NCBI GenBank assembly: GCA_036263395.1
Contig: DATAHD010000292.1
Span: forward strand, 1-60,562
Origin: Rhizomicrobium sp.
GTDB lineage: Bacteria; Pseudomonadota; Alphaproteobacteria; Micropepsales; Micropepsaceae
Reading direction: 5' to 3'
DNA: 60,562 nt
Shown: in pieces, positions 27,455-36,606 of the stretch
Layout of the letters: each line of letters begins with the position of its first letter
How positions within the stretch are numbered: position 1 is the first letter of the stretch
Made by a program: the position numbers and the translations under genes
Notes under the pieces: generated by a model
The model's input: only the letters and a program-made list of their open reading frames with translations
Told to the model about the DNA's origin: nothing
Database searches by the model: none

Positions 27455-27833
27455 TGCGTTGGCGCAGCGATAACGATGATGCTGGGCGGGCAATGTTTGA
27501 CGTGACCGCTACAGCCGCATTGCAGCCGAGATCGGTCGGCGACGTCGCATGTGTCGGGAGACATCACAAATCCTCCCCGCTTGGCTGACGCATAGAACGC
27601 GTTTGCGTCTTTGCTCGTCGCCAAACACACTTCGGCGTTTTCAGTCCCTTTGTCCGCGCACTGATGGCGTGGTGCTATCGATCATAAGTGGAAGCGATGT
27701 CGTCCGCAACACGCGTCGGCCGCGATACGTCCAGCAGGTGAGGGAGCCGCTCGCGCGCACGCTCCTCTTGCAGAGAGCGTCCATTCGGTCATCATCTGTC
27801 GATCATATGGCGGTCTGCTGAAGGGGTTTCACG

Positions 27834-28685
27834 ATGGAAAAATTGCGCGCACCCACGCTTTCAGCACATGGCGCGGTGATGCCGGTCATCGGCTACGGCA
27901 CGATGGAATTGCCGCAGCGACCCGCCGAATTGGTCGCTGCGGCCATCGCGTCCGGTTACCGGCATATCGACACTGCGCGCAAGTACGGTACTGAGCAGTT
28001 CGTCGGTGAAGGCATGCGCGCGAGCAAGATCGCGCGCAGTGAGTTGTTCGTCACCACCAAGGTCACGGAAGAGAATGCGCGCGAAGCCGATTTCATGCTT
28101 TCGGTCGAGACCAGCCTGAGAACGCTCGGCCTCGACTACGTCGACCTCTTGCTGGTGCATTGGCCGCAGCCGAAGGTGCCGTTCAAAGAAACCTTGGGCG
28201 CGCTTGCGAAAGCGAAACGACAGGGCATGACTCGTCATATTGGCGTATCAAATTTCACGCTGGCCATGCTCGACGAGGCGGTGGGCGTCTGCCCCGAGCC
28301 GCTTGTCACCAACCAGATCGAGTATCATGCCTATCTGCCGCAAGACCGGATGCTCGCCGCGCTGAAGCGGCACGGCATGATCCTGACGGCCTATTGTCCA
28401 GTGGCGCGCGGCAAGCTGCTGGCCGATCCCGTCGTCGGCGAGATCGCCAGGGCACACGGCAAGACACCGGCGCAAGTCTGCCTGCGCTGGCTCGTGCAGC
28501 AGCCGGGGGTTGCAGCGGCCCCGCGCGCGCTCGAGGAGGGTCATATTGTCGAGAACCTGGACATCTTCGACTTCACGCTCAGCGACGGCGAGATGCGCCG
28601 CCTCTCTGCGCTGCGCAAACAGCAGATCAGGATCGCCGATCCGCCGGAGCGGGCGCCGAAATGGGATGTCGAGGCCGTGCTATAG
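27834..28685 (+). CDS. Aldo/keto reductase (DkgB-like)
   Basis: GYRHIDTA..Y, FVTTKV, LGLDYVDLLLVHWP, IGVSNF, NQIEYH, ENLDIFDFTLS. Confidence 0.93.
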   Translation: MEKLRAPTLSAHGAVMPVIGYGTMELPQRPAELVAAAIASGYRHIDTARKYGTEQFVGEGMRASKIARSELFVTTKVTEENAREADFMLSVETSLRTLGLDYVDLLLVHWPQPKVPFKETLGALAKAKRQGMTRHIGVSNFTLAMLDEAVGVCPEPLVTNQIEYHAYLPQDRMLAALKRHGMILTAYCPVARGKLLADPVVGEIARAHGKTPAQVCLRWLVQQPGVAAAPRALEEGHIVENLDIFDFTLSDGEMRRLSALRKQQIRIADPPERAPKWDVEAVL

Positions 28686-28718
28686 GGGCAAGTCCTGGTG
28701 GGCTGACGGAATAGGAAC

Positions 28719-31040
28719 ATGGACGCGGTCACGACCAAGAGCAAATTTCGCCTGGAAGAAGCGACGATCGCCGAGTTGCATGATGCGATCCGCACGGGCG
28801 AGACGACCTGCCGGAAGGTGGTCGAACATTATCTGGCGCGTATCCGCACCTTCAACGGAGTGTCCAGCATGTTGGTCACGCCGGATGGCGCACCCGTGCC
28901 GGATGTGCCGGGAGTTGTGCGCGGAATGGCCCCGCTGAAGTTCCCGACCCAGACGGTCAAGGCTTCGGACATCCTGCCCGATCTAGACCATTACGAAGGT
29001 GTGCCGCTGGAGTTCGGCCGCATGGCGCCGACCGCGTCCGATCCCGAAGTGCACCAGCAATACGGCATGATCGTCGGCATTCCGAACGCCGGCCAAGTCA
29101 ATGCGCTGGCAACGCTGAATATCCGCGGCGAGCGCTCGGTGACCTGCAAAGGCGATTTCGACCGGCATCCCTTGCTTGGGCCGCTTCCCAAGGGAGCGCC
29201 GCCGATCTGCGAATATTTCCGGCGGCTGCCTGACGCACTGGAGCAGGCCGCGGCGCTCGATGCGCAATATGGGCGCACTCCCGACCTGGAGCGGATGCCG
29301 ATGTACGGCGTCGTGTTCTCGTTCAAGGATTCGTTCGACGCGAAGGACATGCGCTCGACCGGCGGCGCCGACGCGCGCTACGACATGGATGTTCCCGCCC
29401 GCGACCATGTTCTCGTCGATCAGTTGCGCAAGAAAGGCGCGATCATCTTCGCCAAGGCGGTGTGCACCGAGTACAACGGCCGCGGCGGCGGCGATCCCGG
29501 CGGGCGGCACAAGCCGGACAGGGTGCTTCCGTCGACCATCGGCTACCAACGCAGTTCATGGGGCGGCAATCCGTCGAATCCGTACGATACGACGCGTTCG
29601 GCCTCGCTCGGATCGAGCTCCGGCTCGGCGCTGTCGGTCAGCGTCAACTTCGTCATGGCGAGCATCGGCGAAGAGACCCGCGCCTCCTGTCGCGGACCAT
29701 CGAACCACAATGCCGTGGCCCTGATCCTGCCGCACAAGGCGATGCTCGGCTTCGATGGCGGGGCCATCGGCGCCGACATCTATTGCGACCGCAGTGGTGT
29801 GCACTGCCGCACCGTCGTCGACTGCGCCAAGGTGCTCGACGCCCTGAAAGACGCCGAGAGCGGCTACTACGACCCGCGCGACATCTACACCACGGTGCCG
29901 CGCTCTTCAGTGTTGACCGACGGATACGCGCGACACGCCAAGCGCTCCGGCGCCGCCGGGGCATTGCGCGGTCTCCGCATCGGCGTCATCCGCGAGTCGA
30001 TGGTCTACAAACCGGGATCGAAGACCGAGCAACCGATCGTCGAAGCCGCAGTACGGGAAATCAAGGCGGTGCTCGCTGGGCATCTTGGCGCGGCTTTGGT
30101 CGAATCCGACCATCGCTGGTGGACGCCGGATCCGCAAATCGAGCGCATGCGCGTCGATTACCGCCGCGCGCTGGCGCAGCTCGTGCCGGTGTTCATGCCG
30201 GACATTCTGTTTCGGCTGAACAAGGAAGGGCAGCCGCTGTTCGCCGAGTTCGCCGAAGCCATCGTGCGAACCGAATTTCAGCCTGGCAAATTCTTCGGCA
30301 CTGGAAACATGCAGCCGATGGATTATCTGGTCGGGCTTGCCGAAGGCGCGATCGAGCCGCCGGCGAATTTTGACCTGGCGACGATCCAGCAGCAGGAACT
30401 GGCGCCGACATTCCGTTTCCATATCTCACAATACCTGACGCGCCGCGCCGCCGATTGGCGGGAAAAGGACTTTACGGAAAGCCTCGACAGCTGGGCGGCG
30501 CTCAACGCGCGCTCGAAGTTCTGGGGTGACGATCAGCGCGCTGCCTTCAAGAACTGGGAAGAGATCGCCGACCCACGCAATCCATTGGGCGAGCGTCAGG
30601 GCGTTAACGAGCGCATCATGCTGCGCGAACTGCTCCGTCGCGCCGACATGATGGTCATTCTCGAGAACAGGCTCGACGCGCTGGTGCGGCTGCACACGCC
30701 GTTTCCGCCGGCGCGCATCGGCGGCGCCGGACAGCCGGGCCTGCCGAGCAATCTGACCTTGGAGTCACTGAGCGGCCCTAATGCAGGCTTGACGGAGGTG
30801 CTGATTCCGGCCGGCTATGTAACCACGGCATACGATCCGGTTTTCACCCTCAGCGCCGATCGCCAACGCTACGATTACACGCCGACCGACGTGCCGACGT
30901 CCTTACCCGAACCAGGGCTGCCGTTCTCGCTGGTCTTCCGCGCCGAGCCGGGGCGCGAAGACGTAGTGCTCGAGATCGCATCGGCTTACGAGAACGCGAG
31001 CCGCCGGCGTATTCCGCCGCCGTCATTTCCGCCGCTTTAG
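28719..31040 (+). CDS. Large atypical amidase-signature protein
   Basis: LEEATIAELH..I..GE.T....VE.YLARI, GVVFSFKD, NPYD.TR...GSSSGS, GEETRASCRGP, LEIASAYE...RR.PP; long insertions. Confidence 0.8.
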   Translation: MDAVTTKSKFRLEEATIAELHDAIRTGETTCRKVVEHYLARIRTFNGVSSMLVTPDGAPVPDVPGVVRGMAPLKFPTQTVKASDILPDLDHYEGVPLEFGRMAPTASDPEVHQQYGMIVGIPNAGQVNALATLNIRGERSVTCKGDFDRHPLLGPLPKGAPPICEYFRRLPDALEQAAALDAQYGRTPDLERMPMYGVVFSFKDSFDAKDMRSTGGADARYDMDVPARDHVLVDQLRKKGAIIFAKAVCTEYNGRGGGDPGGRHKPDRVLPSTIGYQRSSWGGNPSNPYDTTRSASLGSSSGSALSVSVNFVMASIGEETRASCRGPSNHNAVALILPHKAMLGFDGGAIGADIYCDRSGVHCRTVVDCAKVLDALKDAESGYYDPRDIYTTVPRSSVLTDGYARHAKRSGAAGALRGLRIGVIRESMVYKPGSKTEQPIVEAAVREIKAVLAGHLGAALVESDHRWWTPDPQIERMRVDYRRALAQLVPVFMPDILFRLNKEGQPLFAEFAEAIVRTEFQPGKFFGTGNMQPMDYLVGLAEGAIEPPANFDLATIQQQELAPTFRFHISQYLTRRAADWREKDFTESLDSWAALNARSKFWGDDQRAAFKNWEEIADPRNPLGERQGVNERIMLRELLRRADMMVILENRLDALVRLHTPFPPARIGGAGQPGLPSNLTLESLSGPNAGLTEVLIPAGYVTTAYDPVFTLSADRQRYDYTPTDVPTSLPEPGLPFSLVFRAEPGREDVVLEIASAYENASRRRIPPPSFPPL

Positions 31041-31381
31041 CACGCGGCATCTCAGTGGCAACTCGGTTGAGCCGTCCCGCTCGACCGAGAAAGGTCCGCG
31101 CATATCGCTCTCATTGCGGGATGGCACGCGTGTTCCGCGAGCGATGATCCGACCGACTTATTCACCCCGGCCCAACTGGCGCGAATGGCACCGTACCAAA
31201 GCCGATCCCGAGACGTAGTCGAACCCGCTGATTGCCTTGTCGGCGCGCGCTCGCTCGCGCGAGAAGACGTTGGCGGTAGCGGCGCGGGTGGGGCAGCTAC
31301 TTCGATGCCATGAAGATCGCGCCTAAACCTCTTCGAGCGTGAAGGGCCGTTTGAAGGTCGGCTTGCGCCGCTTGGCGCGAG

Positions 31382-31600
31382 TCATCGCCGCAGCGCATAC
31401 AAAGCGCGCCGCTGCAGATATTCGCGCACGTCCGAAACCAAGGGGCCGACCGCCTGCACTGCCGCCTTGAGTTGCGGCGCTGGCCTCCCCAATTCGCGTA
31501 CCCAATGCCGCATTTCGGCGGGCGCATCGACATTGATGCGGATGCGGTCGCTAGGGCCCAACAAGCGGGCGTCCCTGGGGATTTCTAGATTGGCGGTCAT
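31382..31600 (-). CDS. DUF3606-family small protein
   Basis: DRIRINV....E..HW..ELG.....L..AV..VGP.V.DVR.YL; RBS AGGAGG. Confidence 0.75.
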   Translation of the reverse strand: MTANLEIPRDARLLGPSDRIRINVDAPAEMRHWVRELGRPAPQLKAAVQAVGPLVSDVREYLQRRALYALRR

Positions 31601-32074
31601 CGTGCCTCCTGAAAAGGTGCGGCGCGGGCGAGCCGCGCACCCGGGACGAAAAACGTCGCATGTTTCGCTTGCTGATGAAGTGTTTCACTTGTTGATGCAA
31701 CGTGCGCCTAATCGATGCGCAAGTCGAGAAAATACGGCGAGAGCGTTGCTCCTAATTTGCCGTCAATGCTTTACGATCCACCCTCGCTAAGGCGGCGCAG
31801 AACCGCCATATTGCGACGAGGCGCGCTCGTAATTACGCCGCCAAAAATGGCGCCGATCACCGCGCCGAAGATCGTCCACTGATGGTCAATTGACTCCCTC
31901 GTGCTTTCGGAGAATTTGTATTTCTTTAGTGATGAGAACGCCGATGAGAACAGAAATCATGAGCGTCCCTCGTTAAAGCGTCACCGCGACGCGAAACGTT
32001 CGAATGTCCGCCGAGCAGCCATTCGACAGGGAGGCGACCCAAGTCACATTGATTCGTAGCACCGAGAGCGATGC

Positions 32075-32802
32075 CTACTTGGACGCGTTCACCGTGCGCG
32101 GCTGGCCGGCTAGCAAAACCCCCAAAAGTGAACTGTGCACTTCGAGGTGTCCGTTGTAGTTGATGAAGGCCAATTTACGAAACTTGTTCATGAAGCGGCT
32201 GACGCGCGATCGGGTCGTCCCGATCATTTCCGCCAGGGTCTTCTGACTGATCTTGGCGAGAATCGGCTCCGGCTTTCCTTCCTTCCCGAAATTGGCCAGC
32301 AGCAAGAGGCGCGCGAGCCGCTTTTCCGTGGAGTTGAAGAGCTGGTCCACCAGGTCTTCTTCGGCTCGGGCGATTCTCGTCAGGATATGCGAGACAAACA
32401 TCTGCGAAAACGAAGGCTCGTCGCGTAGGAGCTCGCTGGCTCTCCTTCTTCGTCACCTGCATCGTCTCGCATTCCGACATCGTAGACGCCGTCGCCAACC
32501 GCTTGGGCTGTCCGATCAGGCAACTCTCTCCGACAAACTCATCCGGCCCCAAAATAGCGATAACGGCTTCCTTTCCGTCTTTCGACAAAACGGCGACTTT
32601 GACCCTAACCTTCTTGATATAGAAGACGGAGTCGGCGTCGTCGCCCTGTGCAAAAAGGACCTGCCTCTTCGAATATTTGGAAATGTCCCGACCGGGAGCG
32701 AACCGTCGCCAGAAATAGCGCCGGATCGAATACAGGAGGAGCAGCCGCTTTGCGACGGTTGCTTTGCTTGCCCGGACGTATTCGTGAACGGCGAGACATC
32801 AT
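32075..32802 (-). pseudogene. Crp/Fnr-family transcriptional regulator with two frameshifts
   Basis: RBS GAGGAGG + ATG at 32802; FDPALFLATV, frameshift near 32700, PGRDISKYSKRQVLFAQGDDADSVFYI...GKEAVIAILGPDEFVGE.CL, frameshift near 32430, LRDEPSFSQMFV...SQ.TLAEMIGTTRSRVS (HTH). Confidence 0.85.
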
Positions 32803-33137
32803 TGCCTCCTCAAAGCGCCGAAAACCTACGCAACGAATGTCGGCACGAGCGTCGCTGTTCGTCATTGATGCGCCGTTGCGCCGAAGCAAACAAGAACATA
32901 GCGGCTGCAGGCCCGGGCCATCTGCAATCGATCACGATCCCGTGACAGTCCCGTGGTCGCGAAGGTCCAGAAGGGGTGCGGCAATTGCGCCCGAATCGAG
33001 CAAATCACGACTACATGGTCAAAATGGCACAGCCAGCGTTGTTCCGCCGGACTAGCTTGGCCCATCACCGAAACACCCTCGGGCTTCGGTGACTGAGAGA
33101 CAGCGCTGCGCTCCCGCCCGCAATTCGGGAGGCTACA

Positions 33138-33431
33138 ATGAAATCCGTTTCGGCCCAGAACATCTTCTTCGACGACGACGCAACGAAAGTCATGGGCACG
33201 GCCTTCGACAGGGCATGCAAGTCGATACCGAATTTCTCCGGCACCGAAAGAATGCGCGTATTTTTTGCGAAGCGAATCCTCGAAGCCGCCCGACATGGCG
33301 AGCGCGATCCACATCATCTGCATTTGCAGGCGCTCAATGGTGGCACGATCAAAAGTGTGCGAGCGCCAATCGCTGGCGTAGTCCGGGATGTCCCCGTCCC
33401 GGCCTACGCACGGGTCCCGCTCACAGCGTGA
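33138..33431 (+). CDS. Small hypothetical protein of a type common in Rhizobiales
   Basis: RBS GGGAGG; FDDDATKVMG.AFD.AC.......A.RILEAA..GERDP..L pattern. Confidence 0.65.
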   Translation: MKSVSAQNIFFDDDATKVMGTAFDRACKSIPNFSGTERMRVFFAKRILEAARHGERDPHHLHLQALNGGTIKSVRAPIAGVVRDVPVPAYARVPLTA

Positions 33432-33927
33432 CCACGGGCGAGTCCGGCTGCTTCCCCCGCAGCCGGGCTCGCTCGCGACTCAAAGGACGCGACCCGTATC
33501 GTGTCTCGGGCGTACATTCGATGTACGCCGCACATCAACGCATAAAGCGGTTCGCGTTCGAACCAGAGCGAGTCGCTCGCTTAGGCGAGGTCTTCATATG
33601 ATCAAGTAGCCTGGCAAGCGTACTGCGGCACGCTCGTTGGATAAATCTGCCGTCCGGCTCCTTCGACGCAATACATGACATAAGACACGTCATGCCGCTT
33701 TATCGTCTATGCGCCGGGTCCGCGCTATCAGGGCAACGGAAATGCGGGTCAGTGGAATTCGAATGCGTGCAGCCAATCGCCGGCCGCACCCGGGTACACC
33801 CCTGCATCAATCAGTAACGCGGCGGCCCTGGGGTCGCGCCATCAAGGCGGGCGCCACGCCCGCCTTGAATTATTTGCGACGACTGCCGCTGCCAATCGCC
33901 GTCCGATATCAGCGGACGTCCGAGAAT

Positions 33928-33941
33928 TTGACTCACCTCAA
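33928..33941. promoter_or_regulatory. FixK/Fnr-type box upstream of the RlpA-like gene
   Basis: TTGA-CTCACC-TCAA fits TTGA-N6-TCAA. Confidence 0.5.
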
Positions 33942-33959
33942 TGTTTATCCGTCGACGAT

Positions 33960-34367
33960 TTGATTGCATCACCGGTGATGGTGACACGGTCAGCCGCGCT
34001 CGTGGCTGCGGCATTACTGGGTCTTGTCTTGGGACCGGCGCTCGCAGCCGAAAGTGAGACAGAAGAGTGCGGCCTTGCGTCGGTTTATTCCGGCGTGAGC
34101 GAAGAAACCGCGAGTGGAGAAGATACCAGCTCCGAGTTGTTAACCGCGGCGCATCGCACGCTGCCGTTCGGCGCACTCGTCAATGTCAAGAATCAGGACA
34201 ACGGACGTTCGGTCGTGGTGCGCGTCACCGACCGCGGACCGTTCGTCGGCGGAAGAATCATCGACGTATCTCAGATCGCGGCGCGCGAACTGGGCTTCAC
34301 CGGTCTGGCGAAGGTCTGCCTTGCCATTGCTTGGATGCCTACCAGCGCCGACCACGTCGGGAAGTGA
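33960..34367 (+). CDS. RlpA-like double-psi beta-barrel protein (lytic transglycosylase family); start may be 33978
   Basis: Signal peptide; G.AS.Y.....TASGE.....[39 protein letters not shown]. Confidence 0.85.
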   Translation: MIASPVMVTRSAALVAAALLGLVLGPALAAESETEECGLASVYSGVSEETASGEDTSSELLTAAHRTLPFGALVNVKNQDNGRSVVVRVTDRGPFVGGRIIDVSQIAARELGFTGLAKVCLAIAWMPTSADHVGK

Positions 34368-34409
34368 TTGTGCGGCGGACAGCTGCCCTTAGGCGGGCTG
34401 CGATCAAGA

Positions 34410-34453
34410 TTGATTTGCCTCAATGCGCACGCACACCACCCGTCGAATATTAT
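34410..34453 (+). promoter_or_regulatory. FixK/Fnr-type box with downstream -10-like element
   Basis: TTGA-TTTGCC-TCAA at 34410-34423 and TATTAT at 34448-34453, spacing compatible with a class II Crp/Fnr promoter. Confidence 0.55.
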
Positions 34454-34525
34454 TCTTCAATTACAACACCGATTCCCGGAGCGCCGGGATGCAATGCAAA
34501 TCATCTGCCTGACAAGGAGATTGCC

Positions 34526-35026
34526 ATGAACAGGATCCAGTTGGCGAAGCGAGCCATCGTGATCGGTATTGCCGGAACGATGGTCTTGTCCGACGCAGTG
34601 CCCGTCTTTGCGGCGCCGGTGCCTTCAAGCACGGCTATCGTCAAGGCGAGCGCGCCGGATATGATTGACCATGTCCGCTCGCGTCGTAGCCAGCGTGTGG
34701 GCGCCGGCATCGCGCTTGGCGTGATCGGCGCTCTTGTCGGCGCGGCGGCCGTTCAGAACCAGTACTACTACGGCGGCCCCGGCTATTACGGCGGGCCCGT
34801 CTATTATGGAGGTCCGGGCTACTATGAACCCGGCTACTACGGCGCCGCCGGTTATTACGGCGGCTACCGCTACGATCCCGGTCCGGAAATCGCGCTTGGC
34901 GTGATCGGTGCTGCGGCCGGCGCGATTGCCGGCGCTCCGTACCGAACTCCCCGGCTGCGGCGTGGCGCCTGCTGGATCGAGACGGACCCGCGTGGCTTCG
35001 GCTATTGGGGTCAGTGCCGCCGCTGA
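34526..35026 (+). CDS. Secreted Gly/Tyr-rich protein with two glycine-zipper segments and a C-terminal Cys pair
   Basis: RBS AAGGAGA; signal-like N-terminus; IALGVIGA twice; YYGGPG repeats; CWIETDPRGFGYWGQC end. Confidence 0.75.
   Translation: MNRIQLAKRAIVIGIAGTMVLSDAVPVFAAPVPSSTAIVKASAPDMIDHVRSRRSQRVGAGIALGVIGALVGAAAVQNQYYYGGPGYYGGPVYYGGPGYYEPGYYGAAGYYGGYRYDPGPEIALGVIGAAAGAIAGAPYRTPRLRRGACWIETDPRGFGYWGQCRR
34763..34868 (+). repeat. Degenerate coding tandem repeat (YYGGPG-like units, 15-18 bp)
   Basis: Six successive YY-initiated units: YYGGPG, YYGGPV, YYGGPG, YYEPG, YYGAAG, YYGGY. Confidence 0.7.
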
Positions 35027-35123
35027 CTTTCGCTGCATGCAGTGGGTGCGCCCGATAGTCGGACGCCTCACCGTGTGTAACGACAGATATCGATCGCGCA
35101 TCATCCCTTGGGAGATCACCCTG

Positions 35124-35429
35124 ATGTCTCGACTTCGGATCTATCTCACGGCCACCGCGGTCGCAGCGGCGATAAGCGGCAACGCCATGGCACAAACACC
35201 GGCAGCGCCCCCCGCGACGCCAGCCGCGCCGGCGGCGTCCTCCCCCGATACGTCAAAGCCTTCGACGGCGGCCCAGGTCGAGAAATGGACCACGAAACAG
35301 TGGGAAGCGGCGAAGAAGACGTGGGCCAAGGACAAGAAGAAATGGTCCGGCTGCCGAATGCAGGTCAAAGAGAGCAAGCTGAGCGGCCGCAAGAGCTGGT
35401 CGTTTCTCTACAAATGTATGACGAATTGA
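35124..35429 (+). CDS. Small secreted protein with Pro/Ala linker and Cys pair (PsiF-like C-terminus)
   Basis: RBS GGGAG; AMA-Q cleavage-like site; W..C..Q.K..KL.GRK.W.FL..CM. Confidence 0.7.
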   Translation: MSRLRIYLTATAVAAAISGNAMAQTPAAPPATPAAPAASSPDTSKPSTAAQVEKWTTKQWEAAKKTWAKDKKKWSGCRMQVKESKLSGRKSWSFLYKCMTN

Positions 35430-35477
35430 AGCGTCTTCTTGCTTTTGTAATGCCGTCTCGGCGTCCGGGGGTATCGA

Positions 35478-35627
35478 ATGCTGAATCGCAACGTTCTCTA
35501 TCTCGTCATCAGCGTGCTTGCGGTCGCCGCGGTCGTGTTCGGCTATCAGCTTTATCAGGAACGGCAGAAGACCACCGGCATTGAAATCAACGTCGGCAAG
35601 GGCGGTATATCGATCGAGAAAAAATAG
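35478..35627 (+). CDS. 49-aa single-TM microprotein (not in ORF track)
   Basis: MLNRNVLYLVISVLAVAAVVFGYQLYQERQKTTGIEINVGKGGISIEKK; GGGGG upstream; fills the gap between co-oriented genes. Confidence 0.75.
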   Translation: MLNRNVLYLVISVLAVAAVVFGYQLYQERQKTTGIEINVGKGGISIEKK

Positions 35628-35729
35628 TGCTTCAATTGTCCACTATCGTGACCGGCCGGGCGCTTCTCGGGAATCCGGCAGTTCGAAGTTCCATATAATC
35701 GGTTAGGACCCTGCAACGGAGACAACACC

Positions 35730-35894
35730 ATGTCGCTTGGGCTCATTCTCGTCATCATCCTCGTCATTTTCCTGTTCGGCGGCTTCAGCGGCCGCTTCGG
35801 CGGATACGGCTATGGCTACGGCCATGGCGGCGTCGGTCTCATCGGCACCATCCTGATCATTGTCGTGATCCTCATGCTGCTTGGGCGGATCTGA
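35730..35894 (+). CDS. DUF3309-family 54-aa membrane protein (not in ORF track)
   Basis: MSLGLILVIILVIFLFGGFSGRFGGYGYGYGHGGVGLIGTILIIVVILMLLGRI; RBS GGAG; TATAAT at 35694-35699. Confidence 0.8.
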   Translation: MSLGLILVIILVIFLFGGFSGRFGGYGYGYGHGGVGLIGTILIIVVILMLLGRI

Positions 35895-35910
35895 CCCGAC
35901 GATTTAGCGC

Positions 35911-36606
35911 ATGGGCCGCCTGCATCTAGAAAGCCACCTCGTTACCCGCATCGGCTGGTTGCGGGCGGCGGTGCTCGGCGCCAATGATGGCATCGTTTCG
36001 ACCGCGAGCTTGATCGTTGGCGTTGCAGCGGCGGCTGCGACCCAGAACGACGTCCTAGTCGCGGGCGTTGCGGGATTGGTCGCGGGCGCCATGTCGATGG
36101 CGGCCGGCGAATATGTATCGGTCAGCTCGCAATCCGACACCGAACGGGCGGACCTCGCACGCGAACGCAGGGAGCTGAGCGACAATCCGGCCTTCGAGCT
36201 TGATGAGCTCGCAGAAATCTACGTCAGCCGGGGTGTCGACAAGCCGCTTGCATTACAGGTCGCACGGCAGCTCATGAAGAAAGACGCGCTGAGCGCCCAC
36301 GCGCGCGACGAGCTTGGAATTTCGGAAATCACCACCGCGCGCCCCGTGCAGGCCGCGTTGACTTCCGCGGCGTCCTTTTCGGTCGGGGCGGCAATGCCGC
36401 TGCTCATGGTCGTCGTATCGCCCGCGGCCCTGCTTGTCCCAATCGTGTCCGGTGCATCCTTGGGATTCCTTGCTCTTCTGGGGGCAATTGGCGCAAAAGC
36501 CGGCGGCGCAAACGTCTTGCGCGCCACCGCCCGCGTGACATTCTGGGGCGCGTTTGCGATGGCTCTCACCGCCGGCATCGGGAAATTAATCGGTACGGTC
36601 GTTTGA
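35911..36606 (+). CDS. VIT1/CCC1-family Fe/Mn transporter
   Basis: WLRAAVLGANDGIVS, AGAMSMAAGEYVSVSSQ.D.E, H.RDELG. Confidence 0.93.
   Translation: MGRLHLESHLVTRIGWLRAAVLGANDGIVSTASLIVGVAAAAATQNDVLVAGVAGLVAGAMSMAAGEYVSVSSQSDTERADLARERRELSDNPAFELDELAEIYVSRGVDKPLALQVARQLMKKDALSAHARDELGISEITTARPVQAALTSAASFSVGAAMPLLMVVVSPAALLVPIVSGASLGFLALLGAIGAKAGGANVLRATARVTFWGAFAMALTAGIGKLIGTVV

Noticed and set aside
25767-27473. Long antisense ORFs here and at 14028-15404, 39731-40909, 52613-53791 and 58584-60167
   Set aside because: Each mirrors a well-supported gene on the other strand and lacks recognisable domains.
31122-31136. Sigma-54-like TGGCACG-N4-TTCC
   Set aside because: The conserved -12 GC is missing and no plus-strand gene follows.
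31780-31965. Hydrophobic peptide fragments on the minus strand (MISVLIGVLI...; WTIFGAVIGAIFGGVI)
   Set aside because: Could be a decayed small membrane gene, but the pieces are in different frames and too short to support.
33611-33627. Sigma-54-like CTGGCAAG-N4-CTGC
   Set aside because: GG-N10-GC spacing fits but the match is weak, it is about 340 bp from the next credible gene, and no activator is nearby.
33430-33900. Short ORFs between the hypothetical protein and the RlpA-like gene (including a 41-aa Cys-containing ORF)
   Set aside because: No SD, poor codon bias, no recognisable motif.
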